Shown here piece after piece: positions 62,581-64,000 of a stretch of DNA of 64,000 nucleotides (positions are counted from its first letter, which is position 1; every line of letters starts with the position of its first letter). This stretch comes from Parvibaculaceae bacterium (GTDB lineage: Bacteria > Pseudomonadota > Alphaproteobacteria > Parvibaculales > Parvibaculaceae), in contig OZ244201.1 of assembly GCA_965216825.1 (NCBI GenBank), positions 492,629 to 556,628 of the forward strand, read 5' to 3'. A model generated the notes under the pieces. The model was not told the origin of the DNA and did no database searches. It was given only the letters and a program-made list of their open reading frames with translations. The translations under genes were made by a program, and so were the position numbers.

Positions 62581-63047
62581 CTCTCTATACCCGCGATCAC
62601 ATCGTCGCCGCGGCACGTGAATGGATCGGTACGCCGTACCGTCACCAGGCGAGCCGCAAGGGCGTGGGAACGGATTGCCTGGGCCTCGTACGCGGTCTTT
62701 ACCGGGAGCTTGAGGGGCAGGAGCCGGAAATGCCGCCGCCCTATACGGCGGACTGGGCAGAGGTGTCCGGCGAAACGGCAGGCCCGGCCTTGACCCTGCC
62801 CGTAGAGACCCTGAAAGACGCGGCATCGCGGCACCTTATTGCCATCGGCGTGGACGAGGCCTTGCCGGGGGACGTGCTCCTGTTCCGCATGAACGCGCGC
62901 GGTCCCGCCAAACATGCGGGCATCCTGAGTGCAGAGACGCGCATGATCCATGCCTGTACCGGCCGCGCGGTGGCGGATGTGCATCTGGGGGCGTGGTGGC
63001 GCCGGAAGCTCGTTTACGCCTTTTCTTTTCCCGGAGTGCAGCGCTGA
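62577..63047 (+). CDS. GTA g14-like NlpC/P60 cell-wall peptidase
   Basis: AREWIGTPYRHQASRKGVGTDCLGLVRGLY (catalytic Cys context) and ..KHAGIL.. motifs. TTG start. Confidence 0.85.
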   Translation: MTLYTRDHIVAAAREWIGTPYRHQASRKGVGTDCLGLVRGLYRELEGQEPEMPPPYTADWAEVSGETAGPALTLPVETLKDAASRHLIAIGVDEALPGDVLLFRMNARGPAKHAGILSAETRMIHACTGRAVADVHLGAWWRRKLVYAFSFPGVQR

Positions 63048-64000
63048 TGGCATCCGTTCTGTTGAGTGCGGCCGGTTCCGCGCTGGGATCGAGCCTCCTG
63101 CCGGCGGGGGCGAATGTGCTTGGCGCGAATGTTTCCGGCGCGGCCATCGGCAAGTTCGTGGGCAACGCGGCGGGCTCGCTGATCGATCGGGAATTGTTCG
63201 GCACCACCGTTACGCGGGAAGGCCCGCGCCTCGACGACCTGAATGTCCAGGGCTCGACGGAAGGTGTGGCGATCCCCCGCGCCTATGGCCGGGTGCGCCT
63301 GGCCGGGCAGGTGATCTGGTCCACACGCTTCAAGGAAACCGCTCAGACAAGCGCCAGCGAAACCGGCGGTGGCAAGGGCGGCAGCGGCAATTCAGTCGAA
63401 ACCACCACTTATGCCTATTCCGTCTCCTTTGCGGTGGCCCTCTGCGAAGGGCCGATCGCGCGGATCGGCGGTGTCTGGGCAGACGGGCACCTGCTCGATC
63501 TCACCGGCATCACCTACCGCCTGCACCGGGGGACGGAAACGCAAGGCCCGGACAGCACCATCGAAGCGGTCGAAGGGGCCGGCAACGTGCCCGCCTATAA
63601 AGGCGTCGCCTATATCGTGTTCGACGATCTGCCGCTCGCCGAGTTCGGTAACCGGCTGCCGCAGCTCACCTTCGAGATTTACCGGCCCCTGAACGGGATC
63701 GAAGACTCTGTGCGCGCGGTAACGATCATCCCGGGCGCCAGCGAGTTCGGCTACGACCCGCAACCCTTCCGGCGTGTCTTTGCCGATGGGGTGAGCCGGA
63801 CAGAGAACCGCAACAACCGGCTGGGCGGCACGGACTGGAGCGTGTCCCTCGACGATCTTCAGGCGACCTGTCCCAACCTGTCGGCGGCGGCCCTCGTCGT
63901 GGCCTGGTTCGGCGACGACCTGCGTTGCGGGGCGTGCACCGTGCGGCCGAAGACGGACACGGCGGACAAGGTCACCGTCCCCGAACCCTGGCAGGTGGCG
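63047..64000 (+). CDS. GTA g15-like host-specificity / large baseplate protein, 5' part (continues beyond the window)
   Basis: Not in the track because it is open at the window end. Manual translation gives MASVLLSAAGSALGSSLLP..EGPRLDDLNVQGSTEGVAIPRAYGRVRLAGQVIWST..YSVSFAVALCEGPI..GVAYIVFDDLPLAEFGNRLPQLTFEI. It has an ATGA-type overlap with g14. Confidence 0.85.
   Translation, partial: MASVLLSAAGSALGSSLLPAGANVLGANVSGAAIGKFVGNAAGSLIDRELFGTTVTREGPRLDDLNVQGSTEGVAIPRAYGRVRLAGQVIWSTRFKETAQTSASETGGGKGGSGNSVETTTYAYSVSFAVALCEGPIARIGGVWADGHLLDLTGITYRLHRGTETQGPDSTIEAVEGAGNVPAYKGVAYIVFDDLPLAEFGNRLPQLTFEIYRPLNGIEDSVRAVTIIPGASEFGYDPQPFRRVFADGVSRTENRNNRLGGTDWSVSLDDLQATCPNLSAAALVVAWFGDDLRCGACTVRPKTDTADKVTVPEPWQVA

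Noticed and set aside
52075-64000. Interpretation as an intact or defective prophage
   Set aside because: No integrase, repressor/antirepressor, replication, holin/endolysin cassette or att-like repeats are visible. The gene order and compact size match domesticated RcGTA-type clusters. The right-hand boundary cannot be seen.
1-64000. Search for tRNA/rRNA genes, CRISPR arrays, IS elements and integrases
   Set aside because: A scan of all intergenic spacers longer than 60 nt showed no cloverleaf-like tRNA candidates, no regularly spaced direct repeats and no transposase- or integrase-like ORFs. This was a visual scan only, so small RNAs could be missed.

Overview
This is a GC-rich chromosomal segment, roughly two-thirds G+C by eye, with a few sharply AT-rich intergenic islands. 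The gene content points to an alphaproteobacterium, probably Hyphomicrobiales/Rhizobiales-like: MucR/Ros, two DUF2336 genes, DUF1491, DUF5330, DUF2849-cysI-DUF934 and an RcGTA-type cluster. I call about 75 protein genes. I saw no rRNA, tRNA, CRISPR array, transposase or integrase. Many long ORFs in the track are antisense or alternative-frame shadows typical of high-GC DNA and were discarded. Left to right, the window holds: oligopeptidase B (partial) and lipid/CoA metabolism genes; three tandem paralogous MFS transporters; a divergent pair of citrate-synthase-like genes, one fused to an HTH; a cluster of small exported proteins; a RelE/ParE-like plus extended XRE antitoxin pair; a STAS-less SulP; and OmpW with an FNR/FixK box. 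Next come a Rieske oxygenase, an orphan ParA plus RHH partner, MucR, a large membrane-anchored hypothetical protein, SufE, prfC, MscS, dadA, a phasin with two palindromic operators, a sulfite-reductase/ABC cluster and a class A PBP. The most interesting content is gene-transfer-agent biology. A complete RcGTA-type head-tail cluster (g1 to the 5' part of g15) runs from 52,075 to the window end. It carries one non-canonical ORF after the capsid gene, an internal terminator-like hairpin and a REP-like hairpin pair. About 24 kb upstream (26.2-28.3 kb) lies a candidate control module: a DnaA-domain-IV-like HTH gene plus a DUF6456-like gene (a split GafA / GafY-GafZ arrangement), transcribed divergently from a cI/LexA-fold XRE repressor that appears to lack the autocleavage dyad. 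All functional calls rest on motif recognition by eye; no database search was run.
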